Source: Candidatus Latescibacterota bacterium (GTDB taxonomy: Bacteria; Latescibacterota; UBA2968; UBA8231). From it: a stretch of 64,000 bases of DNA. The DNA lies in the NCBI GenBank assembly GCA_965203175.1, contig OZ241867.1:5600001-5664000 (forward strand), given 5' to 3'. The notes beneath the pieces are model-generated. The model made no database searches. It was not told the origin of the DNA and saw only the letters and a list, made by a program, of their open reading frames with translations. Made by a program: the position numbers and the translations under genes. Positions 54,651 to 64,000 of this stretch are shown one piece after another. Numbering within the stretch: the first letter of the stretch is position 1; each line of letters opens with the position of its first letter.

Positions 54651-56369
54651 CTGGTACCAACAATTAATTTTCTGCTCCTAGCCGCCCTCCTCAGCGCTGC
54701 TATCTGCAATGCCCAACCCCGCTTCGCCGATGCAACCCGGGAGGCGGGGCTGGCCTTCCGCAATTGGTACGGCAACAACAACGCCCTTACGATCCTAGAG
54801 ACGACCGGGTCGGGTGCCGCCTTTTTCGACTACGACGGCGACGACCAACTCGACCTGTACATCGTCAATGGCGGACTGGGCTTTACGGGCCCGCGCTATG
54901 CCGATCTCCCGCGCGATGTGCAGCCTCCGGCCAATGGCGCAATCCCGCGCAACGCCCTGTTCCGCAATCGGGGCGACGGCACCTTCGCCAATGTCAGCCA
55001 ACAGACCGGTACCGATGCTAGCGGCTGGGGTTCCGGCTGTGTGGCCGGGGACTACGACAACGACGGCAACGCCGATCTGTACATCACCTACTACGGCCCC
55101 AATCTCCTCTTTGCCAACCAAGGCAACGACACCTTTGCCGAGATCGGTACACTAGCCGGAGTAGACGACGATGGCTACGGCACGGCCTGCGCTTTCGGGG
55201 ACTACGACAACGACGGCGATCTAGACCTTTTTGCGGGCAATTACGTGGTCTTCGATCCAGAGACCACCCTACTGCCCGGCGAGCAGCGCGACGGCTTCTT
55301 CGGCGGCCAGCGCGGAGTAGCCAGCGTAGCCTCGCCCGAAGCGTTTGCCGGCCAGCCCGATGTGCTGTATCGCAACGACGGCAACGGCGCATTTGCCGAC
55401 GTCAGCACTAGTGCCGGACTCAACACCGTCCTAGGCAAGACACTCGGAGCCACCTTTCTAGACTGGAATGACGACGGCGATCTGGATCTCTACGTGGCCA
55501 ACGACGCCACCCCCAACTTTCTCTACACCAACCGAGGCGACGGCACTTTTGCCGAAGAGGCCCTAGCCTTGGGCGTGGCCTACGACGCCGATGGTCGGCC
55601 CGAGGGCAGCATGGGTCTGGCCGCTGGCGACTGGGACAACGATGGCGACCTGGACCTAGCGGTGAGCAATTACGAAGGACAGACCGCCACCCTCCACCGC
55701 AACGACGGCCGCGCCTTCGCCAATATCTCCTTTGCCGCTGGCGTCGCCCGCACTACGCTCATGCCGCTGCAGTGGGGTACGGCTTTCTTCGACTGGGACC
55801 GCGATGGCGATCTGGATATCTTCATTGCCAACGGCCACGTCACTGCTGCCCTAGAGGATTATTTTCCGCAGTCGAGCTACGCCCAGAAGAATAACCTCTT
55901 CCGCAACGATGGTGCTGCCTTTGTCGATCTGAGCGCGCAAGCTGGCCCAGGTCTGCAGATCGTCAAGTCGAGCCGGGGCACTGCGGTCGGCGATTACGAC
56001 GGCGACGGCGACGAGGATCTTTTCGTGGTCAACAAAAACGACGTGCCTACCTTGCTACGCAACGACACCGCTAGCGACAATCACTGGCTAACCGTCCGCA
56101 CCTTGGGCCGCAACAGCAACCGCGACGGCATCGGCACCAGAGTGCGCCTAGTCGCCGGCGGCCAGCAACAGCTCAGAGAGGTGGCCGCCGGCTCGAGCTA
56201 CCTATCGCACAACAGTCTGTGGCTCACTTTTGGACTAGGGCCGAGCGCCGCAGTGGATACCCTAGAAATTCGCTGGCCCAGCGGTTTAATCGACCAATAC
56301 ACCCAAGTGGCGGGAGATCGTTTTGTGGTAGTAGAAGAAGGGCGAGGCATTGACGCTGTAGAGCACTGA
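54651..56369 (+). CDS. CRTAC1-like FG-GAP/ASPIC-UnbV protein with probable CTG start
   Basis: Frame is open from the TAG at 54630. GGAGGT lies 7 nt before CTG. The extension encodes a signal peptide and ETTGSGAAFFDYDGD. Confidence 0.88.
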   Translation: MVPTINFLLLAALLSAAICNAQPRFADATREAGLAFRNWYGNNNALTILETTGSGAAFFDYDGDDQLDLYIVNGGLGFTGPRYADLPRDVQPPANGAIPRNALFRNRGDGTFANVSQQTGTDASGWGSGCVAGDYDNDGNADLYITYYGPNLLFANQGNDTFAEIGTLAGVDDDGYGTACAFGDYDNDGDLDLFAGNYVVFDPETTLLPGEQRDGFFGGQRGVASVASPEAFAGQPDVLYRNDGNGAFADVSTSAGLNTVLGKTLGATFLDWNDDGDLDLYVANDATPNFLYTNRGDGTFAEEALALGVAYDADGRPEGSMGLAAGDWDNDGDLDLAVSNYEGQTATLHRNDGRAFANISFAAGVARTTLMPLQWGTAFFDWDRDGDLDIFIANGHVTAALEDYFPQSSYAQKNNLFRNDGAAFVDLSAQAGPGLQIVKSSRGTAVGDYDGDGDEDLFVVNKNDVPTLLRNDTASDNHWLTVRTLGRNSNRDGIGTRVRLVAGGQQQLREVAAGSSYLSHNSLWLTFGLGPSAAVDTLEIRWPSGLIDQYTQVAGDRFVVVEEGRGIDAVEH

Positions 56370-56371
56370 AC

Positions 56372-57523
56372 CTACGGTTTTTCCCCCATAGCGCGGAGGA
56401 TTTGTTGCGCCATGCGCTGCAAGTGCTCATCGTTGCCAACATCGATAATGGCACGGTACTGCTGGATGGCGGCGGCCTCATTGCCCTGCTCCTGCAGGAT
56501 AGTCGCCAGCCCAAAGCGCGGGCCGGCAAAGTCGGGCTTGAGGCGAATGGCCTGCTGGTAGACCTGGACTGCAGCAACCCTATCGCCGCGGGCGTAGAGC
56601 GCAGCACCTAGGTGGTTGTAAGCGCGGACATGGCCCGGACGCAGGCGCAGAGCAGCGCCGAACGATTGCACTGCCTCGTCGATCCGTCCCTGCTTTTTGT
56701 AGGCCAGACCCAAATTGAAGTAGGCTTGGGCGTAGTCGGGGTTTAGTTCGAGAGCGCGCTGCAAGAGTGCTATAGCACCGATGACATCACCGTGGCTATA
56801 GAGGAGGTGACCTAGATTGTTGTGGGCGCGGCTGTGCTTGGGGTCTAGGGAGATGATCTGACGATACTGGGCGATAGCCTCTGCTACATTGCCCCGCTCA
56901 TAGAGCAGCAGGGCCAAACTATAGTGTGCTGGAACGTAAGTAGAATCGGCCTGAATGGCGCGGCGCAAAGATTGGGCCGCTTGCTCCGAATCGCCTTTTT
57001 TTTTGTAGGCCAAGCCTAGATTGTAGAGCGCTTGTACGTGGTCGCGCTCGAGCTCAATGGCCCGGCTGCACGCGGCAATGGCCCCCTCCATATCGCCCAG
57101 TCCGTAGAGGATGGCCCCTAGGTCGCTGTGGGCCTGAGCCAACGCGGGGTCGAGTTCAATGGCGCGGCGATAGGACCACACCGCGCCCTCGACATCCCGG
57201 CGGCTGTACAGCACATTGCCTAGGTAGCTATGCGCTAACGCGTGTTCGGGATCGAGACGCAAGACCGTGCGGAATGCTGCCAGCGCACCGTCCACATCGC
57301 CAAGTTGAAAGAGGGCGACACCCAGTTCAAGGTGGGCGGCGAGGCGCTGAGGGTCGAGTTCAATAGCGCGGCGATAGAACGGCACCGCGCCCTCCAAGTC
57401 GCCTTTCTCAAAGAGCACCTTGGCGCTGTGCTGGGCAATAGCGGCCGCCTCAGAAGCGTCCTTAGCTTGGGCGTGGGCACTAGTGGGGGCAGCAAGAAGA
57501 AAAAAAAGAAACAAGCGGGCCAT
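56372..57523 (-). CDS. Exported TPR protein
   Basis: Signal peptide (AHA|Q) and ~10 canonical 34-aa TPRs. Confidence 0.92.
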   Translation of the reverse strand: MARLFLFFLLAAPTSAHAQAKDASEAAAIAQHSAKVLFEKGDLEGAVPFYRRAIELDPQRLAAHLELGVALFQLGDVDGALAAFRTVLRLDPEHALAHSYLGNVLYSRRDVEGAVWSYRRAIELDPALAQAHSDLGAILYGLGDMEGAIAACSRAIELERDHVQALYNLGLAYKKKGDSEQAAQSLRRAIQADSTYVPAHYSLALLLYERGNVAEAIAQYRQIISLDPKHSRAHNNLGHLLYSHGDVIGAIALLQRALELNPDYAQAYFNLGLAYKKQGRIDEAVQSFGAALRLRPGHVRAYNHLGAALYARGDRVAAVQVYQQAIRLKPDFAGPRFGLATILQEQGNEAAAIQQYRAIIDVGNDEHLQRMAQQILRAMGEKP

Positions 57524-57650
57524 ATTCTATGCGATTCGGGAAGCAGCAATACAGCAGTTGACCATAAAATAGGTTCTTTCTTCCCATAATACAGGTTTTA
57601 TACCAATTTGAAGGACTGATGTCCTACTATTTTCAACAGCTCTGTAGCCC

Positions 57651-59591
57651 ATGAACGGTCCGCCACAGATCACCGTGCGCGCTATTGTCCTAGGTGCCCT
57701 GACCATAGCCGCCAACTTCTACTACATCGTCAACGTTGGCGAGCGCCTAGACATAGGCAGCTACGTCCACTCGCAATTCCCCATGGCCACGTTCATGCCC
57801 TTTGTGCTGTGGCTCTTTATCAATATGGCGCTCAGGGCACTCTGGCCACGCGTGGCGCTCAGCCGCGGCGAATTGCTGACCCTGTTCTCCATGCTCTGGG
57901 TGGTGGGTACGATTCCGCAGTTGGGCTGGATGACCTACTGGACCTCAATTGTGGGGGCACCAAGTTACTTCGCCACAGCCGAGAACCAGTGGGAGGAGCT
58001 CTTCTTCGACTACCTTCCCTGGCACGTCTTTGCCAATGCCTCTCCCCGGGTAGTCGATCCGTTTTGGTTTGGCCTGTCCGAAGGGGCCTCCATTCCCTGG
58101 GACGGGTGGATCGGTGCCATCGGCCAGTGGCTCGGCGTTTCTATGGCCATGGTAGTCTTCGGCTTCTGCCTGATCGCCCTTTTCCACAAACAGTGGGTCG
58201 AAGCCGAGAAGCTGACCTTTCCACTGGCGCAAATGCCCCTAGATCTGACCCAAGGCTTTGAGGGCAAGCGATGGCCCGAGCTATTTTGCAAGCCCGTCTT
58301 CTGGATCGGCTTCGCCTTGGTTTTCCTGCCCATACTCTACAATATCGCCACCTACTTCGCCCTGGGCCTGCCACCCATCGAATTCTACTGGAAATTCTAC
58401 GACCTCAACTTGACGCCGGACTTTTTTCTCACCGTGCGCATTCTGCCGCTGATCATGGCCGTGACCTATTTGTGTCCAGTGGATATCCTCGGCAGCATGA
58501 TCTTCTTCCACTTGCTGGCCGCGCTCAAGATAGCCCTAATGAAGCGGACCGGCTTTTCCATCGGTGGCTTTGCCGTGGGTGCCGCTGGCCAGCAACCCGA
58601 GGCGCAAAACATCATCTACATGGAGAGCTACGGTGCCCTAGTCTTCATCGGCCTGTGGTCCATCTGGTTGGCCCGACGCCATTTGCGTGAGGTATGGCAC
58701 CAAGTGCGCAGCGGCCAAGGCGAGCCACGCCAAGTCGCACTCTACCGGCTGGCCTTGGCTGGCCTAATTCTGTCGGCACTCAGCGTCATCGGCTGGGGAG
58801 TGCAACTGGGCATGAGCTTGCCCGTGGCTATTGGCGGTTTCCTGCTGATGACGCTGACCTACTTCGTCATAGCCAAACTCGTCGCTGCCACTGGCTTTGC
58901 CTATCTCTTGCCCAACAAGCCCCATATCAAGGGCGATTCCTTCCTCATCGAGCTAGTCGGTTCGGCCTTCCAGTCGCCGCGCAGCCTAGTGGCGTTTAAG
59001 GTATTCACCAGCAATGCCTTCTTCGGCACCTTCCGCATTCCGGCCTGGCCAGCGCTGCCCCACTGCTTCCGCCTGTTCTCCCTAGAGCGGCAGCCCGGGC
59101 GGCTGACGGCGATGGTCCTGATCGCCTTTCCCATCGGATTCGTCGTCTTGGCCGTCGAGACAATCAGCTTGGCCTATGAAGGGAGCGGCCTGATTTTCCT
59201 CGGCGGCAAGGCCAACTGGATCTTCGAAGATATGGTCTATCTGCTCAACAACCCCATGCTGCCCGACCTGAACAAGTGGGCGGTGTGGCTCTTTGGCTTT
59301 GGCGAAGCCGCGCTCATCGCCCTGCTACGCGGCTATTTCCACTGGTTCCCCCTCCATCCCATCGGTCTGGCCTTCCAGCACACGTTCGGGCTCCGCCTCT
59401 ACTGGTTCAGTCTGTTCATCGTGTGGATTGTCAAAATAATCCTGCTGCGCTACGGCGGGTCCAAGGCCTACATCGCCGGCAAACCCCTGTTCTACGGTCT
59501 GGCCATCGGTTATGTGGTCGGAGTAATTTTTTCTATGATAGTGGATCTGATCTGGTTCCCGGCGGAGGGACACGGCATGCACGGATGGTAA
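57651..59591 (+). CDS. Polytopic membrane protein, DUF6785/DUF6784-like
   Basis: YFATAENQW, QWVEAEKLTFPL, WFPLHPIG, LRYGG. Confidence 0.8.
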   Translation: MNGPPQITVRAIVLGALTIAANFYYIVNVGERLDIGSYVHSQFPMATFMPFVLWLFINMALRALWPRVALSRGELLTLFSMLWVVGTIPQLGWMTYWTSIVGAPSYFATAENQWEELFFDYLPWHVFANASPRVVDPFWFGLSEGASIPWDGWIGAIGQWLGVSMAMVVFGFCLIALFHKQWVEAEKLTFPLAQMPLDLTQGFEGKRWPELFCKPVFWIGFALVFLPILYNIATYFALGLPPIEFYWKFYDLNLTPDFFLTVRILPLIMAVTYLCPVDILGSMIFFHLLAALKIALMKRTGFSIGGFAVGAAGQQPEAQNIIYMESYGALVFIGLWSIWLARRHLREVWHQVRSGQGEPRQVALYRLALAGLILSALSVIGWGVQLGMSLPVAIGGFLLMTLTYFVIAKLVAATGFAYLLPNKPHIKGDSFLIELVGSAFQSPRSLVAFKVFTSNAFFGTFRIPAWPALPHCFRLFSLERQPGRLTAMVLIAFPIGFVVLAVETISLAYEGSGLIFLGGKANWIFEDMVYLLNNPMLPDLNKWAVWLFGFGEAALIALLRGYFHWFPLHPIGLAFQHTFGLRLYWFSLFIVWIVKIILLRYGGSKAYIAGKPLFYGLAIGYVVGVIFSMIVDLIWFPAEGHGMHGW

Positions 59592-59631
59592 TAGCGAACC
59601 ACCGCAAACCAACTTGAGAAAAGAGGCCCCC

Positions 59632-60510
59632 ATGCAACTAAATATCTCCATCAGCCTGTGGAATTACATTCACTATTTCCCCTTGCGCAAAGGCGGCACC
59701 AGCTTTTCCCTAGACGGCGGCTTGGACAGTCTGGCAAAAGTCGTCGACGAAGTGGCTGCCGCTGGCTACGGCGTTGAGTTGTGGCCCAAATGGGCTAGCT
59801 GGGAGTGGACGAGCCCCGCCCGGGAAGCTCTGGTGTCCCAACAATTCGACCTCTACGCCGAGGAGCACCGGCCTCGGCTGGCGCAAATCCTGCGCGGCGT
59901 GCGCTCGAGTTGGCACACGGGCGGCGACAATACCATTGAGAGCTACCACCGCCAAATCGACACGGTGGCGCAGGTAGGCAGTCACGTCCTAGTAGTACAC
60001 GCGGCCAATCTCTCTCTCGACGGCCCCGATCCCAATTTCGATTTTGCCGCCCAAGTGCTAGAGTACGCGCGCCAGCACAACGTCAAAATCGCGCTGGAAA
60101 ACGCATCCGAAGGCGAACAAGAAGAAGATCCTGAGCTGTGGAACCTGTCCATTTTGCAGCGGGCGCTGGCGCGCTTTGCCGACCTTGGAATCTGCCTCGA
60201 CACGACCCACATACAAAAATTCAAACGCTTTCCCCTCAAAGAGTACGTCGATCGGCTGCAAGACCGCATTTGTCACCTGCACATCAGCGATGCCCTAGGC
60301 GATGACGTGGGCATCGGCCGCCTGCACACCATGCCAGGCACCGGCAAAATACCCGCAGCGGATTGGCGCTACCTGCTCAACGCCCTAGAGGAAGTCGATT
60401 TCCAGGGGGATGCAGTACTCGAAATCAAACCTCTAACCCCAGTGCGCATCGCACAGCAAACCGACGAATTCTTCGCCACCGTCGCCCAATCGGCCGGCGT
60501 GATGGGCTAA
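59632..60510 (+). CDS. Sugar phosphate isomerase/epimerase (TIM barrel)
   Basis: IALEN, ICLDTTH, HLHISD, H.MPGTG.I, VLEI. Confidence 0.88.
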   Translation: MQLNISISLWNYIHYFPLRKGGTSFSLDGGLDSLAKVVDEVAAAGYGVELWPKWASWEWTSPAREALVSQQFDLYAEEHRPRLAQILRGVRSSWHTGGDNTIESYHRQIDTVAQVGSHVLVVHAANLSLDGPDPNFDFAAQVLEYARQHNVKIALENASEGEQEEDPELWNLSILQRALARFADLGICLDTTHIQKFKRFPLKEYVDRLQDRICHLHISDALGDDVGIGRLHTMPGTGKIPAADWRYLLNALEEVDFQGDAVLEIKPLTPVRIAQQTDEFFATVAQSAGVMG

Positions 60511-60529
60511 CATTTATTGAGGAGAGAAA

Positions 60530-61108
60530 GTGATAAAAAACAACTTCGACAAAGGCCCAGAAGGCTGGTGTTCGTACGACTACCACGCCAGCATGGTGGC
60601 CGACGGTAGCAATATCTTCATCCTAGCCACTTGGGCCGCGCAGGGCGGTGTGGACAATGGGAGCTTTATCTGGACCGATCACCGGCGCTGGAGCGCCGAT
60701 ACCCCAGAGCGCCCCCTGTCCATCCTGCCGCTGCTGTGCTACCGCAGTTGGGTCGGCGCTGACCCGCTCGATATGCGCCAGTCCGCAGTTGCGGTCCACC
60801 TGAGGGCCGATCGGCTGCGTTTGGACGGTGCCCAGTGTTTCTTCTGGGTACACGCCGCTAGCACGCGCTGGCACTACACAGCCCATCCTCTCGCTCTAGC
60901 AGAGGGCGTTTGGACGGCCAATCGCCTTGCACTTACAGCAGACGAAAACCAATGGCACCGCAGTTGGTCTGCCGACCCGGACCATCCCGTCGCCCTCGAA
61001 CAGGTGTTGAGCCGGGCCGAGAGTTACGGTTTCTCCTTCGTCGGATTTTCCAGCGAAGTTACCGGCAGATTGTCAATAAGCCAATTTTCTATCACCGCTG
61101 GGACGTAG
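60530..61108 (+). CDS. Hypothetical protein
   Basis: SD GAGGAG, GTG start, Trp-rich beta-type sequence. Confidence 0.75.
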   Translation: MIKNNFDKGPEGWCSYDYHASMVADGSNIFILATWAAQGGVDNGSFIWTDHRRWSADTPERPLSILPLLCYRSWVGADPLDMRQSAVAVHLRADRLRLDGAQCFFWVHAASTRWHYTAHPLALAEGVWTANRLALTADENQWHRSWSADPDHPVALEQVLSRAESYGFSFVGFSSEVTGRLSISQFSITAGT

Positions 61109-61127
61109 ATGGTTCGACCATGCCCTT

Positions 61128-61156
61128 AGAGCCAGTCGCGCATCCCGACTGGCTCT
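61128..61156 (+). terminator. Hairpin, probable terminator
   Basis: 11-bp stem AGAGCCAGTCG/CGACTGGCTCT, 20 nt after the stop codon. Confidence 0.55.
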
Positions 61157-61159
61157 TTC

Positions 61160-61267
61160 GATTATGAGGTTTTAACTTGCAATAGCGAAGCCTTTATACA
61201 CATCGTCATGATCCATCTGTTGCTCAAGCGACAAACCGGAGCAGAAGGGTTTTAAAAAATGCTTCTC
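61160..61267 (+). mobile_element. Remnant of an IS5-family (IS1031-like) transposase 3' end
   Basis: Translates DYEVLTCNSEAFIHIVMIHLLLKR, resembling the DYExLxxxSEAxIxIAMIxLxLxR tail. Followed by an IR-like TTTTAAAAAATGCTTCTC. Confidence 0.6.
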
Positions 61268-61382
61268 ACAGCAGGAGGGCCGGCGCTTTTTAGTTACTCC
61301 AGACCGGTAGGGGGGACCGCCGAGCAGGCCAAGTTCTATCTGTCCCTAGTCTAGTAAGGTAGCAGATCGGAAAATCAATCTC

Positions 61383-61922
61383 CTAATGAAACCGAGATTT
61401 GATTGCTCCCCAGCTTTTGGCCTCTACGACGGTTGACTTTTCTTCCTCCTTTTCTTCCTCCTTTTCTTCTTCCTTTTCTTCACCAGCTACGGTCCATGTA
61501 TTCGTGCTGGCATACTTGTGTAGAGTACCGTCCACGGAAATCTCTACGACCCAGCGATATTCTCCTGGCCCTGGAGCATCTAAAGAACAAAACTGAGTGC
61601 CATCCTGCTCAGTACCATCCACATCAACCCAGCTTGATGATTCTTTCTTCTGCCACTTGGATAGCTTGACTACGAATTGCTTGCCTTCAACAACCAGATT
61701 TGCCGGGATCGGAAGGCAGCCGGCACCTATTCCATAGGTAACCTCATCTATCGTAGCCTTAATACCGAAAACGACTGTCTCGATATTCTTTAGCGTTACC
61801 TCGACGCCTCCACCTTCCAGTACTCGTATCCAGCTAACACTTGTATAAGCGTTTGCCTGAGTTGGAACGGCAAAGCAGAGTACGATCGCAGATGCAACTA
61901 ATAACGGCCTATAATACGACAT
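61383..61922 (-). CDS. Exported hypothetical protein with C-terminal TVVEAKSWGAIK tail
   Basis: SD AAGGAGG, ATG 61922, signal peptide, acidic linker, tail motif. Lower GC. Confidence 0.8.
   Translation of the reverse strand: MSYYRPLLVASAIVLCFAVPTQANAYTSVSWIRVLEGGGVEVTLKNIETVVFGIKATIDEVTYGIGAGCLPIPANLVVEGKQFVVKLSKWQKKESSSWVDVDGTEQDGTQFCSLDAPGPGEYRWVVEISVDGTLHKYASTNTWTVAGEEKEEEKEEEKEEEKSTVVEAKSWGAIKSRFH
61437..61484 (-). repeat. 12-bp tandem repeat x4 encoding an (E/G)EEK linker
   Basis: CTTTTCTTCCTC-type units on the + strand. Confidence 0.9.
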
Positions 61923-62188
61923 AAAACCCCTCCTTGGATTTGATTTCGCAACTCGGTGCGCCGGCGTGCGCATCGAGTTGCGCGCTGTTCGCTTGCGAAC
62001 TAGACCACCAAGTCCAAAAGACGGCTTGGCGTTCTGGCTCAATGGCATGGCAACGCGCTCCATCCCTGCACCCTTCCCCACCGCGATTGTCCGCTTGGCA
62101 ACCGAAAGAAGGTATGTGAGATCGGGAAACGACTCGACTCTCAAAGAAGCACCGTAAGATATAGAGAAAAGGTACTAAGAATGCCAAT

Positions 62189-63706
62189 TTAGATAGCCAT
62201 GGAAAACACCTTGGCCCGCGCTAGGTACAGGCGCACGGCCACCTGCTTTCCCTTTAGCGCCGCTAGATCGCTCTCGCCCTTCCACGTAACGACTTGGTCC
62301 AACTCGTCTCCCACCAAGACATCGGCCTCGTCTGCACTGAAACCCTCTAAGGGCTCAATCGACTCTACAGGCTCAATCGGCGGCGTCACAATTTCCACCT
62401 TGATCCAGCCGGCTCGCTTGGTCTGGAAGTTGAGGCGCAATTCTCCGCCCTGGCAAATGCGCGGAATGGTGGTGGCCCGTCCTTCCAGCGGTGCTTCCAG
62501 GGCCACCAGCCGATGGCGTTTCCATATAGCCCAGCGAAACTCGCCTTCGGGCAACTCGGCCGGTCCGTGGTCGTGCCGACTGTAGCGGCCGTCGTACGGC
62601 AGGCCCCACTCTTCCTCATTGAGCGGCACTAGGTTAGGAGCGGCGCGGATGCAACCATACTGCCCCTCGTCGCTTTCGAGGGTGATGATGGGCTTGCGCT
62701 CGGGCCGCACCCAATTCCACCCATCCCGACTCACCGCTAGCTGGACATCTTGCTCTGAGTCGAGCCGGTGGTACACCGAAGGAAACATCAGATGCAAGCC
62801 GGGCACTCCCGGATAGTGGCAGTAGCACGGCGTGTATATATCGTCGGAAACGTGGTCCTGCGGGTCGGCCACTAGGACGTAGCGCGGTGGGGCCCAAGCG
62901 CCGAACTTTTTCCCTCCGGTCTTGCGCACGGCCCGGCGACCGGTATAGCCGAATTTGTTCTCGTTGTGGAACATGCCGCGCAAATAGGCAACGTATTCTC
63001 CGGTTTCCGGGTCGTAGGCAGCGACATTCTGAGTGTCGAGCACGCTATTGCCGACGTTCACTAAGGGGGTGTCGAGTACAGTCCAGTGCAACCCGTCGCT
63101 AGAGACAGCACCCTGTACCACATTGTCCCGGCGGACGCCGAACTGTTCTTCCACAACCTGCATGGTATTGATGGTAGGATCGTCCCGCGTACCGGTATCG
63201 GCACCCAACTGGCGAAACTGCACCCAATCCATTTCCGCATCCACTTCCCCGTTGCGGTAAAACACGGTCTTCGGGCCAATGGCCTTGTAGCGCTCCTCGG
63301 GATCGGCATGGGGATCGATGAATACCGAGTTGATCTCAAAATCGCTGTGACGCGAAAGCAGATTATTGGCCCTAGTACCGCCGTACTCCACTAACCCCAA
63401 GTTCGGCCGTTCCCATTCGAAACCGTCCCGGCTCTCCGCATAGCCGTTGAAACGCACCCCGCCTTCTTCCGCTCCCGAAGTCCAAAACCACATCCGGTAG
63501 AGCCCGTCGTCCAAAAGGACGTACGGATACGCCATTCGAGCCTGTTCCCAAGGCTGTTCCGCACGAAAGAATACCGGAGACCTGCGCGCCGGTTGCACTG
63601 CTAACCGCACACCCAACGGCGGGTCCTTTATCCAGGACTCGCCGTTTTCGTTGGCACAGGCCTGTCCCGCCCAGATATCGTACCAGTCCAGAAATGGTTG
63701 ATGCAT
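62189..63706 (-). CDS. Hypothetical glycosidase-like beta-propeller protein
   Basis: GLYRMW, YAESRDGFEWERPNLG, ERYK, SSDGLHW, SRDGWNW. Confidence 0.72.
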   Translation of the reverse strand: MHQPFLDWYDIWAGQACANENGESWIKDPPLGVRLAVQPARRSPVFFRAEQPWEQARMAYPYVLLDDGLYRMWFWTSGAEEGGVRFNGYAESRDGFEWERPNLGLVEYGGTRANNLLSRHSDFEINSVFIDPHADPEERYKAIGPKTVFYRNGEVDAEMDWVQFRQLGADTGTRDDPTINTMQVVEEQFGVRRDNVVQGAVSSDGLHWTVLDTPLVNVGNSVLDTQNVAAYDPETGEYVAYLRGMFHNENKFGYTGRRAVRKTGGKKFGAWAPPRYVLVADPQDHVSDDIYTPCYCHYPGVPGLHLMFPSVYHRLDSEQDVQLAVSRDGWNWVRPERKPIITLESDEGQYGCIRAAPNLVPLNEEEWGLPYDGRYSRHDHGPAELPEGEFRWAIWKRHRLVALEAPLEGRATTIPRICQGGELRLNFQTKRAGWIKVEIVTPPIEPVESIEPLEGFSADEADVLVGDELDQVVTWKGESDLAALKGKQVAVRLYLARAKVFSMAI

Positions 63707-63733
63707 CAGTTTTTCCTCTCGTACGCCAGCAGC

Positions 63734-64000
63734 CTAGCCAGCTACTTCTCTGAAAACGCGAATAAAATTGCCGCCCATAATCCCGGCGATCGCCTCGGCC
63801 TGATGCCCGCGCTGCTGCAAGCCCTCGACGATATTTTGGCTCGCGCCAATATCTTCCAACCCGATCGGCCGAGCGTTGAGCTGGTCAAGCAGATCCGTAC
63901 CAAAGCCGACGTGGGCAGATCCAACCAGCGCAACTATATAATCAATGTGATCCAGCAACATCTCCAGACTGGCTGTTTCACCCCCGGGACCCAGTGGCAT
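63734..64000 (-). CDS. Membrane dipeptidase (peptidase M19) C-terminus, partial
   Basis: DHIDYIVALVGSAHVGFGTD...GIMGGNFIRVF. Confidence 0.85.
   Translation of the reverse strand: MPLGPGGETASLEMLLDHIDYIVALVGSAHVGFGTDLLDQLNARPIGLEDIGASQNIVEGLQQRGHQAEAIAGIMGGNFIRVFREVAG

Noticed and set aside
56996-57507. A9 and T8 runs in the TPR coding strand as phase-variation or frameshift sites
   Set aside because: The frame is intact, the runs encode ordinary KKK and LFF residues, and there is no evidence of variation.
61923-62144. 74-aa N-terminal extension in the ORF track
   Set aside because: The strong SD and signal peptide place the start at 61922.
62020-62155. Cobalamin riboswitch (GGGAAGG and GAGCCAGAA on the minus strand)
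   Set aside because: The core GCCACTG and CCCGC.ACTGT elements are missing. It is retained only as an unclassified structured leader.

Overview
GC-rich bacterial window, probably from an FCB-superphylum lineage such as Latescibacterota (inferred from gene content only). The left half (1-26 kb) is a sugar/sulfate catabolic region: three Cys-type sulfatases, SDR, Gfo/Idh/MocA, a sugar epimerase, two ATPase-less CUT1 ABC modules and a DUF6785-like membrane protein. It also holds a decaying low-GC defence islet (RelE/HigB-type toxin split by an IS3 element with a 4-bp duplication, an apparently internally deleted EVE-domain gene, a possible attC remnant) and a PhyH dioxygenase split by an IS5 element. 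The right half is dominated by a tightly coupled ~18.7 kb operon (32191-50904), the best candidate for an undescribed system. It encodes a giant TPR protein, a membrane-anchored DUF4159 protein, a lipoprotein with a TonB-C/AgmX-like domain, a small lipoprotein, two paralogous exported proteins with type-B-CTD/FlgD-like tails, and three paralogous ~900-980 aa predicted outer-membrane barrel proteins with Asp/Asn-rich loops. It looks like an envelope or secretion apparatus. Nearby exported proteins carry two other C-terminal tails (a T9SS type-A-like CTD and a short T[AV]VExxSWGxIK motif). One CRTAC1-like gene apparently starts at CTG. No rRNA, tRNA or CRISPR was seen. All family assignments come from motif recognition, not database searches.
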